From a virus: a stretch of 64,000 bases of DNA. This document shows, piece by piece, positions 40,836-49,409 of this stretch. The position numbers were made by a program, and so were the translations under genes. The number at the start of each line of letters is the position of its first letter. Position 1 is the first letter of the stretch. The DNA is taken from IMG/VR virus record IMGVR_UViG_3300037520_001064, positions 25,589 to 89,588 of that record. The stretch is one strand, 5' to 3'. The notes under the pieces are model-generated. The model made no database searches, was not told the origin of the DNA, and saw nothing but the letters and a program-made list of their open reading frames with translations.

Positions 40836-41305
40836 TGTCTAAGTTAAATCCTCAGAATGCTACAGCATATGTAGGCCCTGGTGTATTGAAACAAGGTGGT
40901 AAAACCACCAAAGTTCCTAATGGTCCTCTTATCAAGAAGAAAGGAGTATTCAAAGGAAGCACATTAAAAAATGGTGGTACTATGAAAAAGAAAGCTCAAC
41001 AAGGTGCTAAGATAGGTAAATATACTATAACTACTTCTACCAAAGATACAATCAAAGGTAATCCTAAATACCCAGGAATCAGACCACCTCGTGTATCTAC
41101 AGGTGGTGGTAAAGAAGATAAAGGTATAGAAGATGTTAAAAAACTTCTTAAAAATAAAGCTGGAGGTATGATTAAGCGTGCTGATGGTTCATATTCTAAA
41201 CGTGGATTATGGGATAACATCAGAGCTAATAAAGGGAGTGGAAAGAAGCCTACTAAACAGATGCTTCAACAAGAGAAAAAGATTAAAGCTAAAACTAAGA
41301 AATAA
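40835..41305 (+). CDS. Lys-rich basic protein
   Basis: LKQGG, LKNGG, KKAQQG and NKAGG motifs, with a C-terminal RGLWDNIRA module. Confidence 0.7.
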   Translation: MSKLNPQNATAYVGPGVLKQGGKTTKVPNGPLIKKKGVFKGSTLKNGGTMKKKAQQGAKIGKYTITTSTKDTIKGNPKYPGIRPPRVSTGGGKEDKGIEDVKKLLKNKAGGMIKRADGSYSKRGLWDNIRANKGSGKKPTKQMLQQEKKIKAKTKK

Positions 41306-41583
41306 TGGCAACTCCTGCATGGCAAAGAAAAGAAGGAAAGAATCCTTCTGGTGGTCTTAATAAGAAAGGTGTAGCATCTTACAGAAGAGCTAACCCTGGA
41401 TCTAAACTTAAGACAGCTGTAACCACTAAACCTTCTAAGCTTAAACCTGGAAGTAAAGCTGCTGGTAGACGTAAGTCTTTCTGCAGTAGAATGTCAGGTA
41501 TGAAGAAGAAGCTTACATCTGCTAAGACAGCAAATGACCCTAACTCAAGAATCAATAAATCTCTACGTAAGTGGAATTGTTAA
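41305..41583 (+). CDS. Conserved small basic phage protein (DUF6321-like)
   Basis: AWQRKEGKNPSGGLN...RRKSFCSRM...SRINKSLRKWNC, recognised from other phage proteins. Confidence 0.7.
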   Translation: MATPAWQRKEGKNPSGGLNKKGVASYRRANPGSKLKTAVTTKPSKLKPGSKAAGRRKSFCSRMSGMKKKLTSAKTANDPNSRINKSLRKWNC

Positions 41584-41601
41584 TCATATAAATAATAAAT
41601 C

Positions 41602-42168
41602 ATGGCAACAATAAAAAAAGCTCAAACTGGAGCTAAAGTTAAAAAACCTGTAGCTAAACCTAAAGAGGATAAATATAAAGGTTTGGGTGGAGAAATTGGT
41701 AGACCTATTTTCTCTGATAAAGAGCAAAGAGAAAGAAGAAAAAAACTAGGTCTTCCTACATCAAAAGCTGAAGAAAAAGCTTATTATGAAAAAATGGCTA
41801 GAGAAGGTGCTAAGAATGGTAGAACTATTAAAAAAGCTAAATCTGGTTTAGGAATGAAATCTGTTAAATCTGGTTATGATAATAACTCAGGTGTGACAAG
41901 AGCTGATTTTGTTGCAATAGGAAAAGGTACAGCTAAGTCTGGTGCTAAAATGAAAAATGGTGGTAGAAAAAAAGCTGCATTAGGTGCATTGTTACCACTA
42001 GCTATGAAAGCTGCACCTATGGTAGCAGGAATGCTTGGTGGTGGAGGAAAAGGTAAATCAGGAGGAATAGGTGGAATGCTTGGTGGATTAATGGGTAAAA
42101 ATGGTAAAACTGTAAAGAAAGCTAAGTCTGGTGGATCAATGAAAAAATGTAAATATGGCTGCAAGTAA
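41602..42168 (+). CDS. Lys/Gly-rich basic protein
   Basis: KKAQTG, KKAKSG (twice), MKNGG and KKAALG motifs, plus a Gly-rich hydrophobic stretch. Confidence 0.7.
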   Translation: MATIKKAQTGAKVKKPVAKPKEDKYKGLGGEIGRPIFSDKEQRERRKKLGLPTSKAEEKAYYEKMAREGAKNGRTIKKAKSGLGMKSVKSGYDNNSGVTRADFVAIGKGTAKSGAKMKNGGRKKAALGALLPLAMKAAPMVAGMLGGGGKGKSGGIGGMLGGLMGKNGKTVKKAKSGGSMKKCKYGCK

Positions 42169-42331
42169 ATCAATGACAGCTGGTAAAGCTAAGAAGAGTG
42201 GTAAGCCTAGAATGGCTCCTAAAGTGAAAGCTCCTAATCCAAAGAAGCCTAACTTCATGAGAGAAGCTGACACTCCTAGTAGATTGAAAAGCCCTATGGC
42301 TCCAATGAAACAAAAAAGATTATCAAAATAA
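42155..42331 (+). CDS. Small basic Pro/Lys-rich protein (58 aa, not in the ORF track)
   Basis: MAASKSMTAGKAKKSGKPRMAPKVKAPNPKKPNFMREADTPSRLKSPMAPMKQKRLSK, ending right at the terminator. Confidence 0.6.
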   Translation: MAASKSMTAGKAKKSGKPRMAPKVKAPNPKKPNFMREADTPSRLKSPMAPMKQKRLSK

Positions 42332-42332
42332 T

Positions 42333-42358
42333 AAAGCCCCTTGATTGGGGCTTTTTTT
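42333..42358. terminator. Bidirectional intrinsic terminator at the strand switch
   Basis: AAAGCCCC-TTGATT-GGGGCTTTTTTT between the convergent + and - gene blocks. Confidence 0.85.
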
Positions 42359-42908
42359 ATTTAACTATAATAAGAAGTTTGTTGTGATGTGTCTGGTAGA
42401 ATTCCTTACATGGATAGTTCAAAGCTTTGATCTCTGCAATCATCTTGTGCTCATCTAACTGTGCAGCATGTAAATCTTCTATGATGTATATACCACCTTC
42501 TTTTAAATATGGGTAAAGAGTTTTGAAGCTTGTAACAATATGCTCACCGTAGTGAGAACCATCATCAACAATAAGATCATAATCTGCTCCATAAGTTTTG
42601 ATGCATTCTTCTAGATGCTGAGGATTGTTCTGGTCTCCAATAAATACAGATACTCCTTCTTTCTCAAAGTTTTTAGCTTCTGGATTGATATCATATCCTA
42701 TAAGTTCAATGTCAGGAAAGTATTCTTTCCACATCTCAAGAGATGCTCCAGGAAACCTAGGATCTGCTACACCTATCTCTAACATTTTTACATGTCCTTT
42801 AGATAGTTCATCTAATAATCCATGGTAAAACACTGTATAACCATGACCATAATTCATTGTACCTTTATCGGTACCTATTCTATTTGCTATTTTACTTAAT
42901 CTGTCCAT
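42357..42908 (-). CDS. Class I SAM-dependent O-methyltransferase (MycE/sugar O-MTase-like)
   Basis: GTDK...HGY, MLEIGV, GYDI, IGDQ, DLIVDDGSH and GGIYIIEDL motifs; likely start MDRLSK. Confidence 0.8.
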   Translation of the reverse strand: MDRLSKIANRIGTDKGTMNYGHGYTVFYHGLLDELSKGHVKMLEIGVADPRFPGASLEMWKEYFPDIELIGYDINPEAKNFEKEGVSVFIGDQNNPQHLEECIKTYGADYDLIVDDGSHYGEHIVTSFKTLYPYLKEGGIYIIEDLHAAQLDEHKMIAEIKALNYPCKEFYQTHHNKLLIIVK

Positions 42909-43569
42909 AATAATTATTAAAAAATTTAGGTTTAATTTCAATTGTTCCTGTTCTATTATCTAACACTTTGTCTGCTTGATCTAATATCACCTGATTAGGC
43001 TGATGACCCATTCCTGATATATGCAATGTGTTCATTCCCCAACGATATAGCATTGTACTTTTGAGTTTAGATTCATATATTTTACCACCTTTGTGGAATG
43101 TTATATCTGCATCTTCTCCAATACTTGTATCAGGCCATGTTATTCTATCAAAATAAGCTTTACTATAAACATTACCATTGTTTATATTAGAGTTTTCTCT
43201 TTCAAATATATTATTTACAAAGAAATACATTCCTTTACTTCGATAGACATCATAACCAGGATTGTTATCAATATCTGTTTGTACATTACGTAGTGCCCAT
43301 GGTGCAAGAAGATCATCATCATCTAATCTATAGATGTGTTCTCCTTGACACTGTTGATATCCCCATTGAAGCTTAGCTGATATAGAAGGAAATCTTTCTT
43401 TGTGATTAATGATTCTCACCTTTGGGTGATCATACACATAATCTACCTCAGCATTATCATTTATAATCACCATTTCACATTCTGGTGGGTTTTCTTGTGC
43501 AAGAAATGATTCTATTGCCTCTTCTAATAGATGAGGTCTTTTATATGTAAGAGTTAAAACTGATATCAT
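42892..43569 (-). CDS. Glycosyltransferase family 2
   Basis: ISVLTLTYKRPHLLEEAIESFLAQ, IIND, RLDDDD and GED motifs. Confidence 0.85.
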   Translation of the reverse strand: MISVLTLTYKRPHLLEEAIESFLAQENPPECEMVIINDNAEVDYVYDHPKVRIINHKERFPSISAKLQWGYQQCQGEHIYRLDDDDLLAPWALRNVQTDIDNNPGYDVYRSKGMYFFVNNIFERENSNINNGNVYSKAYFDRITWPDTSIGEDADITFHKGGKIYESKLKSTMLYRWGMNTLHISGMGHQPNQVILDQADKVLDNRTGTIEIKPKFFNNYYGQIK

Positions 43570-44333
43570 TTTGGTTGTATTAATCCGTTATCAAAATAAG
43601 TTGGTAGAATTGTCCACCCTTTACAATACATATCTTCCCATGATGGTGGTCCTTCTGGACCAAACCATGTCTCTGGTGCAATAACTATCTTACCAGGGTG
43701 TCTAGATAGATAAGCTGCCCACCAACTAAATGATGAGTTAGATATGATGAAGTGATGGCACATAGCCATTATCCATAATTGTTCATGCACTTTCAATCCT
43801 TCTAGATACATTGCATTAGGCATGTTTAAGTGTTCTTTACACCATGGAATATCATCACTAGCAACAATGTATTGATTAGAAGGAACTAATGTTAATGCTT
43901 TGTGTATGTATTCTGGTGATACTACAGGATGGTAGTTTGGATAATGAAGGTAATCTCCTCTTCGAACATTTATCACTGTCACTTCTGTATTCAAAATAGC
44001 AGGGATTTCTTTATGTATTCTATCTATAAACTCTTTTGTTGGAGAGAATAGAGATTTAACTGCCTCGCTATATTTCTCAAAATGAGACTCACTTTGGAAG
44101 TATCCATTAAATACAGTTGCTTCACTACTATTAACTTCATTAGGGTGCCCTATATATAAGTCTAGTTTTCTAAATACATTATCTACAAAATCATCCATGT
44201 GCCCCACTTGATTAGCAGGAACAATAAGTTGTCTATTCTCATCTAAAGCTCTAGCATAAGCATTGGCTATCATGAATAGATTATTACCTAGTCTTCCTGC
44301 TAAAGCAGGCATTATGAAATTCTTGTTTATCAT
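43566..44333 (-). CDS. Alpha-1,2-fucosyltransferase-like (GT11)
   Basis: GRLGNNLF, GYFQSE, NVRRGDY, SDDIPWC and ISNSSFSWWAAYL motifs. Confidence 0.85.
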   Translation of the reverse strand: MINKNFIMPALAGRLGNNLFMIANAYARALDENRQLIVPANQVGHMDDFVDNVFRKLDLYIGHPNEVNSSEATVFNGYFQSESHFEKYSEAVKSLFSPTKEFIDRIHKEIPAILNTEVTVINVRRGDYLHYPNYHPVVSPEYIHKALTLVPSNQYIVASDDIPWCKEHLNMPNAMYLEGLKVHEQLWIMAMCHHFIISNSSFSWWAAYLSRHPGKIVIAPETWFGPEGPPSWEDMYCKGWTILPTYFDNGLIQPK

Positions 44334-44334
44334 T

Positions 44335-44616
44335 TTACCAAACATGAATAATATCAAATGGAGAAACTAATAACACAGTTTCATCATCTGATAGAGGGAT
44401 CATTCTAGCTTTTGTTAAAGCTTCTGGATCTACAAGAACAACATCACCAGGCTTAAGTTCCATGTTAGCTGTTCCAACACTGTGCACTTTAAGTTTTGAC
44501 ATCTTCTTAATCATTTCTTTCTCTAAAGCTTCTTTTGTATTCTCATCTACAATAAGCTTGCTCTCTTCTTTCTTTGGTATCTCTAAGTATACTCTGTTTC
44601 CTAATAACTTTGCCAT
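44335..44616 (-). CDS. GroES/Cpn10-like co-chaperonin
   Basis: KLLGNRVYLE...VHSVG...LKPGDVVLV...LLVSPFDII follows the GroES pattern. Confidence 0.6.
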   Translation of the reverse strand: MAKLLGNRVYLEIPKKEESKLIVDENTKEALEKEMIKKMSKLKVHSVGTANMELKPGDVVLVDPEALTKARMIPLSDDETVLLVSPFDIIHVW

Positions 44617-44894
44617 TATACGTTAAATTCAGTTAGTTTATAAAATCTTTCACCATCCTCAGGAGTTAAATGTATCTCTGATTGAACAGTCTCACGAACT
44701 TTTTTTATTCCTTTAAACTTGTTAGTCTTAAGATCAATGTCTGGTTGTTCTGTTACACGCTCATTAAAATCATCTAAGATTACAATCACATTTCCACTAT
44801 CTTCTGTAAGTGATCTAATCACTTTCTCAATGTTGAAGGAAGCCTTATACTCCTTCTCAGCTATTACAGCTGTGTAAATAAATTGGTTTTTCAT
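44616..44894 (-). CDS. Hypothetical protein
   Basis: 92-aa ORF in the operon. Confidence 0.6.
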   Translation of the reverse strand: MKNQFIYTAVIAEKEYKASFNIEKVIRSLTEDSGNVIVILDDFNERVTEQPDIDLKTNKFKGIKKVRETVQSEIHLTPEDGERFYKLTEFNV

Positions 44895-44911
44895 ATTAAT
44901 TGTTTTAATTG

Positions 44912-45172
44912 TTATAATTCTTTAGAAAACTTGATCTCATCTAATATTTGATTGTACTTATCTAATGGTATAGCTCCAGAGATTCTGTGAACTTCCACTC
45001 CATCTTTCTTAAATACTAACGTAGGAACACTTCTTACATTATGTTGTCTAGCTGTTTCCATTTCAGTATCTATATCAACAGGTGTAATACCTTCAACATC
45101 TTTTAATGTGTTAGCTAACACTCTACATGGACCACACCATGATGCACTAAATTTAAGGACTTCTATATTCAT
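44912..45172 (-). CDS. Thioredoxin
   Basis: FSASWCGPC and VRSVPTL motifs. Confidence 0.9.
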   Translation of the reverse strand: MNIEVLKFSASWCGPCRVLANTLKDVEGITPVDIDTEMETARQHNVRSVPTLVFKKDGVEVHRISGAIPLDKYNQILDEIKFSKEL

Positions 45173-45175
45173 TTC

Positions 45176-45823
45176 TTAATTGTATTCGTTATCTAATATT
45201 TTACCTACAAGATCACTTCTGTGATTAGCTTTAAGTTTGATCCATTCTATACCTTCAATCTTCTTAGAGATGTCTATTGCATATGATAGACCTGTGTATG
45301 ATTCTTTGATGTCTTTCTGTTCATTATCACCGTTGATGATAATCTTTCCAGTTTTACCAAGTCTAGTTAGTATGGCTAGCATTTCCCCTTTTGACAGGTT
45401 TTGTGCTTCTTCCACCACCAGAACATCATCAATGGTCTTACCACGTATAAACTGCACAGGATAAGCAACCACTTTTTTTCCCTTAACCAATTCTTGAATC
45501 TTGACTCTGTCATAACATTTCTCTAAGTTCTCCTGAAAAGCTTCTAAGTAAGGATTAAACTTATCTTCTAAATCTCCTGGTAAGAATCCTAATGATCCTC
45601 CCACTTCTATTGTAGCTCTTGTAACATAAATATGATTACATTGTTTCTTCATTAAGAAATCTAAAGCTGCTTGGGCACATATTAAGGACTTTCCACTTCC
45701 TGCTCTACCAGTAACAATAACAATTTGATTGTTTATTATTAACTGCTTAGCGAGCTTCTGTTCCTCATTAAGAGTGACATTGTATTTAATCTCATTCTTA
45801 CGTTCCCTGTTAGGTTCTTTCAT
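45176..45823 (-). CDS. phoH: PhoH-family ATPase
   Basis: GRAGSGKS, LGFLPGDL, FIRGKT, EEAQN, LTRLG and NHRS motifs. Confidence 0.92.
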   Translation of the reverse strand: MKEPNRERKNEIKYNVTLNEEQKLAKQLIINNQIVIVTGRAGSGKSLICAQAALDFLMKKQCNHIYVTRATIEVGGSLGFLPGDLEDKFNPYLEAFQENLEKCYDRVKIQELVKGKKVVAYPVQFIRGKTIDDVLVVEEAQNLSKGEMLAILTRLGKTGKIIINGDNEQKDIKESYTGLSYAIDISKKIEGIEWIKLKANHRSDLVGKILDNEYN

Positions 45824-46205
45824 ATTTAAGGTTTAAATGGTTACGTCTTTTGTTAACCTCCTCATATCTATACATGTCACTTTCAACATTAGAATGCTCC
45901 TCAAGTGTCAAAAGTATAATATTTTCTTCATCTAAACAAGCTTCTGGATATTTTTCTTTTGCAAGGATATGATGAAAGTATGTAGACATAGGTTCCTTCC
46001 CTAAATATGTTCCACTAATCTCTGATTTGTGTGGCCTTTTTTTCCATATATCCATAAACATTTCTCTCATTTGATGGGATTTTCCATCACTAACCTTCTT
46101 TTTGACAGTTAGTGATGGCTTTTTCCCACTTTGTAGTTGTTTTCTGGGTTTATGCTGAAAGCAATATTCGCTATCAGAATTCTTTCCACAAGTTTTACAT
46201 TTCAT
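45810..46205 (-). CDS. HNH-like/zinc-finger protein
   Basis: N-terminal CKTC...CFQH, and FHHILAK...NIILLTLEEH. Confidence 0.55.
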   Translation of the reverse strand: MKCKTCGKNSDSEYCFQHKPRKQLQSGKKPSLTVKKKVSDGKSHQMREMFMDIWKKRPHKSEISGTYLGKEPMSTYFHHILAKEKYPEACLDEENIILLTLEEHSNVESDMYRYEEVNKRRNHLNLKYERT

Positions 46206-47086
46206 TATGTGTGTGACTGATTATCATTATTAAATCCAGAGTGACCTGTGTCATCTTTTACAAATTGACCATCAACCATCTTACCTGTACGTTTTGAAAT
46301 TACATTGTATGCACTCTCTAAACATTCTGTAAGCTTCAGTCCTTGCATCTCAGCTTGTATAATGATTGTAACAAGTATATCACCCAGAGCATCAATTATC
46401 TCTTCTCTATCATCAACAGTGATAGCCTGAACAAGTTCATTCACTTCCTCAATTGTTTTACCAGCTTGAGCTATTGCTGTACCATTCTCTATGATACCCT
46501 TTTGTGTTGCCCATGCTATAACAAGAGCTTCTAATTCACCGTAACTTCTCATATTATATTCGTCTTTAAACATTTTTATTTTTCCATTAAGATCTTTAAC
46601 CACATCATTCGTAAAATATACCTGTGCTTTAGTTGTTGAACAACTCATTTTATGACCATTTGCTTGATGACACATAGGACACTTCTCTGTAATAATTTTA
46701 AATCCTTTTTCAATAGGTTTAAAATCTTCAATCTTGTATCCTTCAAATCCTAGATTATCTAAAGACATGCCTCTCATTAGATAGGGCCCACCACTAGGAT
46801 CAACCATATCTATTTCATCTCTTAGAGACTCAACCATAGTTATGTATTTAGGATAGTCATAGCTAAGAGTTTCATCATCATAATGATGTACAACACTCTT
46901 AAATTGAGCTAATGTCATTAATGATTGACTATGTTCATTATCTTTCAAATATGCATTATATGCATTTTGGTAATCATTAGGCATTCCTATTCTACAGAAT
47001 TCAAAATTACCTTGCCATAGTATATTGTGATCATCATCCTCTGTGAATGTGAACACATCACCGTATCTATTTTTGTACTCTCTCAT
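46205..47086 (-). CDS. Fusion protein with a C-terminal MazG-like NTP pyrophosphohydrolase
   Basis: KTIEEVNEL...EEIIDALGDILVTII...AYNVISKRTGKMVDGQFVKD. The N-terminal region has VDPSGGPY and CPMC...HKMSC. Confidence 0.7.
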   Translation of the reverse strand: MREYKNRYGDVFTFTEDDDHNILWQGNFEFCRIGMPNDYQNAYNAYLKDNEHSQSLMTLAQFKSVVHHYDDETLSYDYPKYITMVESLRDEIDMVDPSGGPYLMRGMSLDNLGFEGYKIEDFKPIEKGFKIITEKCPMCHQANGHKMSCSTTKAQVYFTNDVVKDLNGKIKMFKDEYNMRSYGELEALVIAWATQKGIIENGTAIAQAGKTIEEVNELVQAITVDDREEIIDALGDILVTIIIQAEMQGLKLTECLESAYNVISKRTGKMVDGQFVKDDTGHSGFNNDNQSHT

Positions 47087-47273
47087 TGTTCTCTAGTTCT
47101 ATTATACATCTTTTTAAATAGTTGGCCATATCTAAGCACTCTTCATATGAATGCTGTAACCAATCTTTGAGCTCTAGATCAGTTCTCTCAAGTGTAGTAT
47201 TATATTTCTTAATACCCACTTGAGATCGCTGTAATAGATCAGCTCTTACCGCTTCAACTACTTTATCTATCAT
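47067..47273 (-). CDS. Conserved small phage protein
   Basis: RSQVGIKKYNTTLERTDL...WLQHSYEECLDMANYL. Confidence 0.65.
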   Translation of the reverse strand: MIDKVVEAVRADLLQRSQVGIKKYNTTLERTDLELKDWLQHSYEECLDMANYLKRCIIELENNERVQK

Positions 47274-48310
47274 TATAGTTCATCTTCTTCCACTTCCACT
47301 TCCTCTACAGGAAGATCAGACTCATTAATCTTAGCTATAATCTTCTCTCTTAGTTCATCATAGAATTCTGGATTGTCTACAACAAGCTGCTTGAATTCAT
47401 CTAAGTCATACTTAGTTCCATCAATTGTCATTGTTTTACCATACTTTCTACCTATCTCAAACTCGTTAAGAAGGCTCATCATCTCATCAAGTTTATCAAT
47501 ACCTACACCATATACAATCTCAAACTCTGATTTTCTATATGGAGGAGACATTTTATTCTTGATAGCTTTTAGCTTAGTGATATTACCATAGTTTACATCA
47601 CCATCTTTTGCAAGAGTTCTAGACACTTCTATTCTAGCATCACTGTAGAATTTCAATGCATGGCCACCTTGGGTTGTTGTAGGGTTACCAAACATAACAC
47701 CTATCTTCTCACGATACTGAGAGATTACAATCACACATACATTATGATGTGATAGAGCTCCCTTAAGTTTTGGATACGCATTACTATTTAGTCTAGCTTT
47801 GTAACCGATAGTAGAATCACCTACATCACCATCTAATTGTTTCTTAGGAATAAGAGATGAATCTGAATCGATGATGACAAGATCAATCTCTCCAGTTTGA
47901 ATCATTTCCATAGCAATGTTAAAACCCTCCTCACCACATGATGGTTGAGCAATCAACATCTTAGTTGTATCCACTCCTAGTTTCTTGAAGTAGTTCTTAT
48001 CAACAGCATGCTCACCATCGATATATAATACAGTACCTCCAGCTTTCTGACACTCTGCTGCAGCATGCCCACAGATTGTAGATTTACCTGTACCTTCCCA
48101 TCCCATTAGTTCGTAAAGTTTACCCTTTACAAATCCTCCTACACCTAGAGTGATATAATCAAATCCAATACTTCCTGTACTGATTACATCATAGTCTCCT
48201 CCTGTTTTAGAGTCTAATGCTAAAATTGATCCAACACCATAAGCTTTATTCAGCTTATCCATTGCTTCTTGAAACTTGTTATCAGTTTCTTTTACTGCTT
48301 TTTTTGCCAT
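47273..48310 (-). CDS. recA: RecA-family recombinase
   Basis: Walker A GWEGTGKST, YIDGEHA, IIDS, ISQYREKIGVMFGNPTTTQGGHALKFY and KNKMSPP motifs. Confidence 0.95.
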   Translation of the reverse strand: MAKKAVKETDNKFQEAMDKLNKAYGVGSILALDSKTGGDYDVISTGSIGFDYITLGVGGFVKGKLYELMGWEGTGKSTICGHAAAECQKAGGTVLYIDGEHAVDKNYFKKLGVDTTKMLIAQPSCGEEGFNIAMEMIQTGEIDLVIIDSDSSLIPKKQLDGDVGDSTIGYKARLNSNAYPKLKGALSHHNVCVIVISQYREKIGVMFGNPTTTQGGHALKFYSDARIEVSRTLAKDGDVNYGNITKLKAIKNKMSPPYRKSEFEIVYGVGIDKLDEMMSLLNEFEIGRKYGKTMTIDGTKYDLDEFKQLVVDNPEFYDELREKIIAKINESDLPVEEVEVEEDEL

Positions 48311-48409
48311 TATTTAATTGATTTTTAATTGTTTAAAGATAGTGATTTCTGTGTTTTTTTGCAAGTAAATGTCAAGTTTTTTCCATCATTTACCTGACAT
48401 TTTAAGGAT

Positions 48410-48440
48410 AAAAAAGCCCCAGATTTCTCTAGGGCCTTCT
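48410..48440 (-). terminator. Intrinsic terminator
   Basis: - strand AAGGCCCTAGA-GAAA-TCTGGGGCTTTTTT. Confidence 0.75.
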
Positions 48441-48470
48441 CAACAATTAAAAAACAGAACAGAAATTTAA

Positions 48471-48647
48471 TCATTCACTCTTTCTTAGAGTGGTATTTCC
48501 TTTTATACGTTCATCGTATGGACAGTGTCTACACTTTCCTCCGCAACATGGGCCTCTTTTTTCCAGATATTCTTTCGTGAAGTGGACTCTCCCATCTTCC
48601 AGATAGTAGTCCCTTCCCTCCGTAAATTTTCTTTTTTGTTCGTCCAT
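48471..48647 (-). CDS. Small Cys-rich protein (DUF5522-like, 58 aa, not in the ORF track)
   Basis: MDEQKRKFTEGRDYYLEDGRVHFTKEYLEKRGPCCGGKCRHCPYDERIKGNTTLRKSE. Confidence 0.7.
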   Translation of the reverse strand: MDEQKRKFTEGRDYYLEDGRVHFTKEYLEKRGPCCGGKCRHCPYDERIKGNTTLRKSE

Positions 48648-48825
48648 GTTCTTTATTCATTTTTGAGGGCACTTCAATTTCACCCTCGTTAAATAGTAAT
48701 TGTACAGATTCAAAATCTAAGCTAAAAATATCTGACATAAAATCTGCAGATAATTGTGGAAACCTTTCTTTGTACTCATATATTAAAAGCTTAGTTTTTA
48801 GTGACAGCTTTTTTATATAGGGCAT
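48529..48825 (-). CDS. Hypothetical protein (3' end overlaps the Cys-rich ORF)
   Basis: 98-aa ORF; N-terminal half is possibly HTH-like. Confidence 0.45.
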   Translation of the reverse strand: MPYIKKLSLKTKLLIYEYKERFPQLSADFMSDIFSLDFESVQLLFNEGEIEVPSKMNKEHGRTKKKIYGGKGLLSGRWESPLHERISGKKRPMLRRKV

Positions 48826-49051
48826 CGTTAGCTTGTTTTAATAGTTGTGACTCATCTGCAAATACATATCTGTATTTAGTATCCTTGTATTCTTCCATAA
48901 TATATGGAGTTTCTAATTTTCTAAAGAAGTTCTTAACATCGTTGGTTTCCACAGCAACAATGAAATGAGCATCATTATATCCACAAACATGTCCTTGGTA
49001 GTTCGGATATACTACCAACATGTTCTTAAACTGTTGAAAGAGCTTTTCCAT
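48791..49051 (-). CDS. Hypothetical protein
   Basis: 86-aa ORF in a tightly packed operon. Confidence 0.55.
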   Translation of the reverse strand: MEKLFQQFKNMLVVYPNYQGHVCGYNDAHFIVAVETNDVKNFFRKLETPYIMEEYKDTKYRYVFADESQLLKQANDALYKKAVTKN

Positions 49052-49361
49052 CTTTATCTAGGTTTAAAGTTCTTAATCTATTCTCTAGTTCATACTCCAC
49101 TTTAAGAATGAAGTTAATTTTCTCTTCAAGTTCTTGCTCTAGGATTCTTCCTGCAAATGGCATAAGCTCTTGTAGGTTTGTATGCACTCTAGCTAATCCA
49201 TGTCGTGTAGTAATTTCACTATATAGGAATCCAGGAATCCATGTAAGATCATTGAACACTTGATCAACGTATGTTAATACAGATGGAATCTCTAATAACA
49301 TACCAGATTCACCATCTAGATTTGCTTTATATTTTTCATTAAATTCTTTTATTGTTCTCAT
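49026..49361 (-). CDS. Hypothetical protein
   Basis: 111-aa ORF downstream of a hairpin/promoter element. Confidence 0.6.
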   Translation of the reverse strand: MRTIKEFNEKYKANLDGESGMLLEIPSVLTYVDQVFNDLTWIPGFLYSEITTRHGLARVHTNLQELMPFAGRILEQELEEKINFILKVEYELENRLRTLNLDKDGKALSTV

Positions 49362-49374
49362 GGTTTTTAATTTA

Positions 49375-49401
49375 AGGGAGACAAATATAATTCATCTCCC
49401 T
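49375..49401 (-). promoter_or_regulatory. Hairpin containing a TATATTTG -7 element
   Basis: - strand AGGGAGATGAAT-TAT-ATTTGTCTCCCT. Confidence 0.55.
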
Positions 49402-49409
49402 GATTATTC

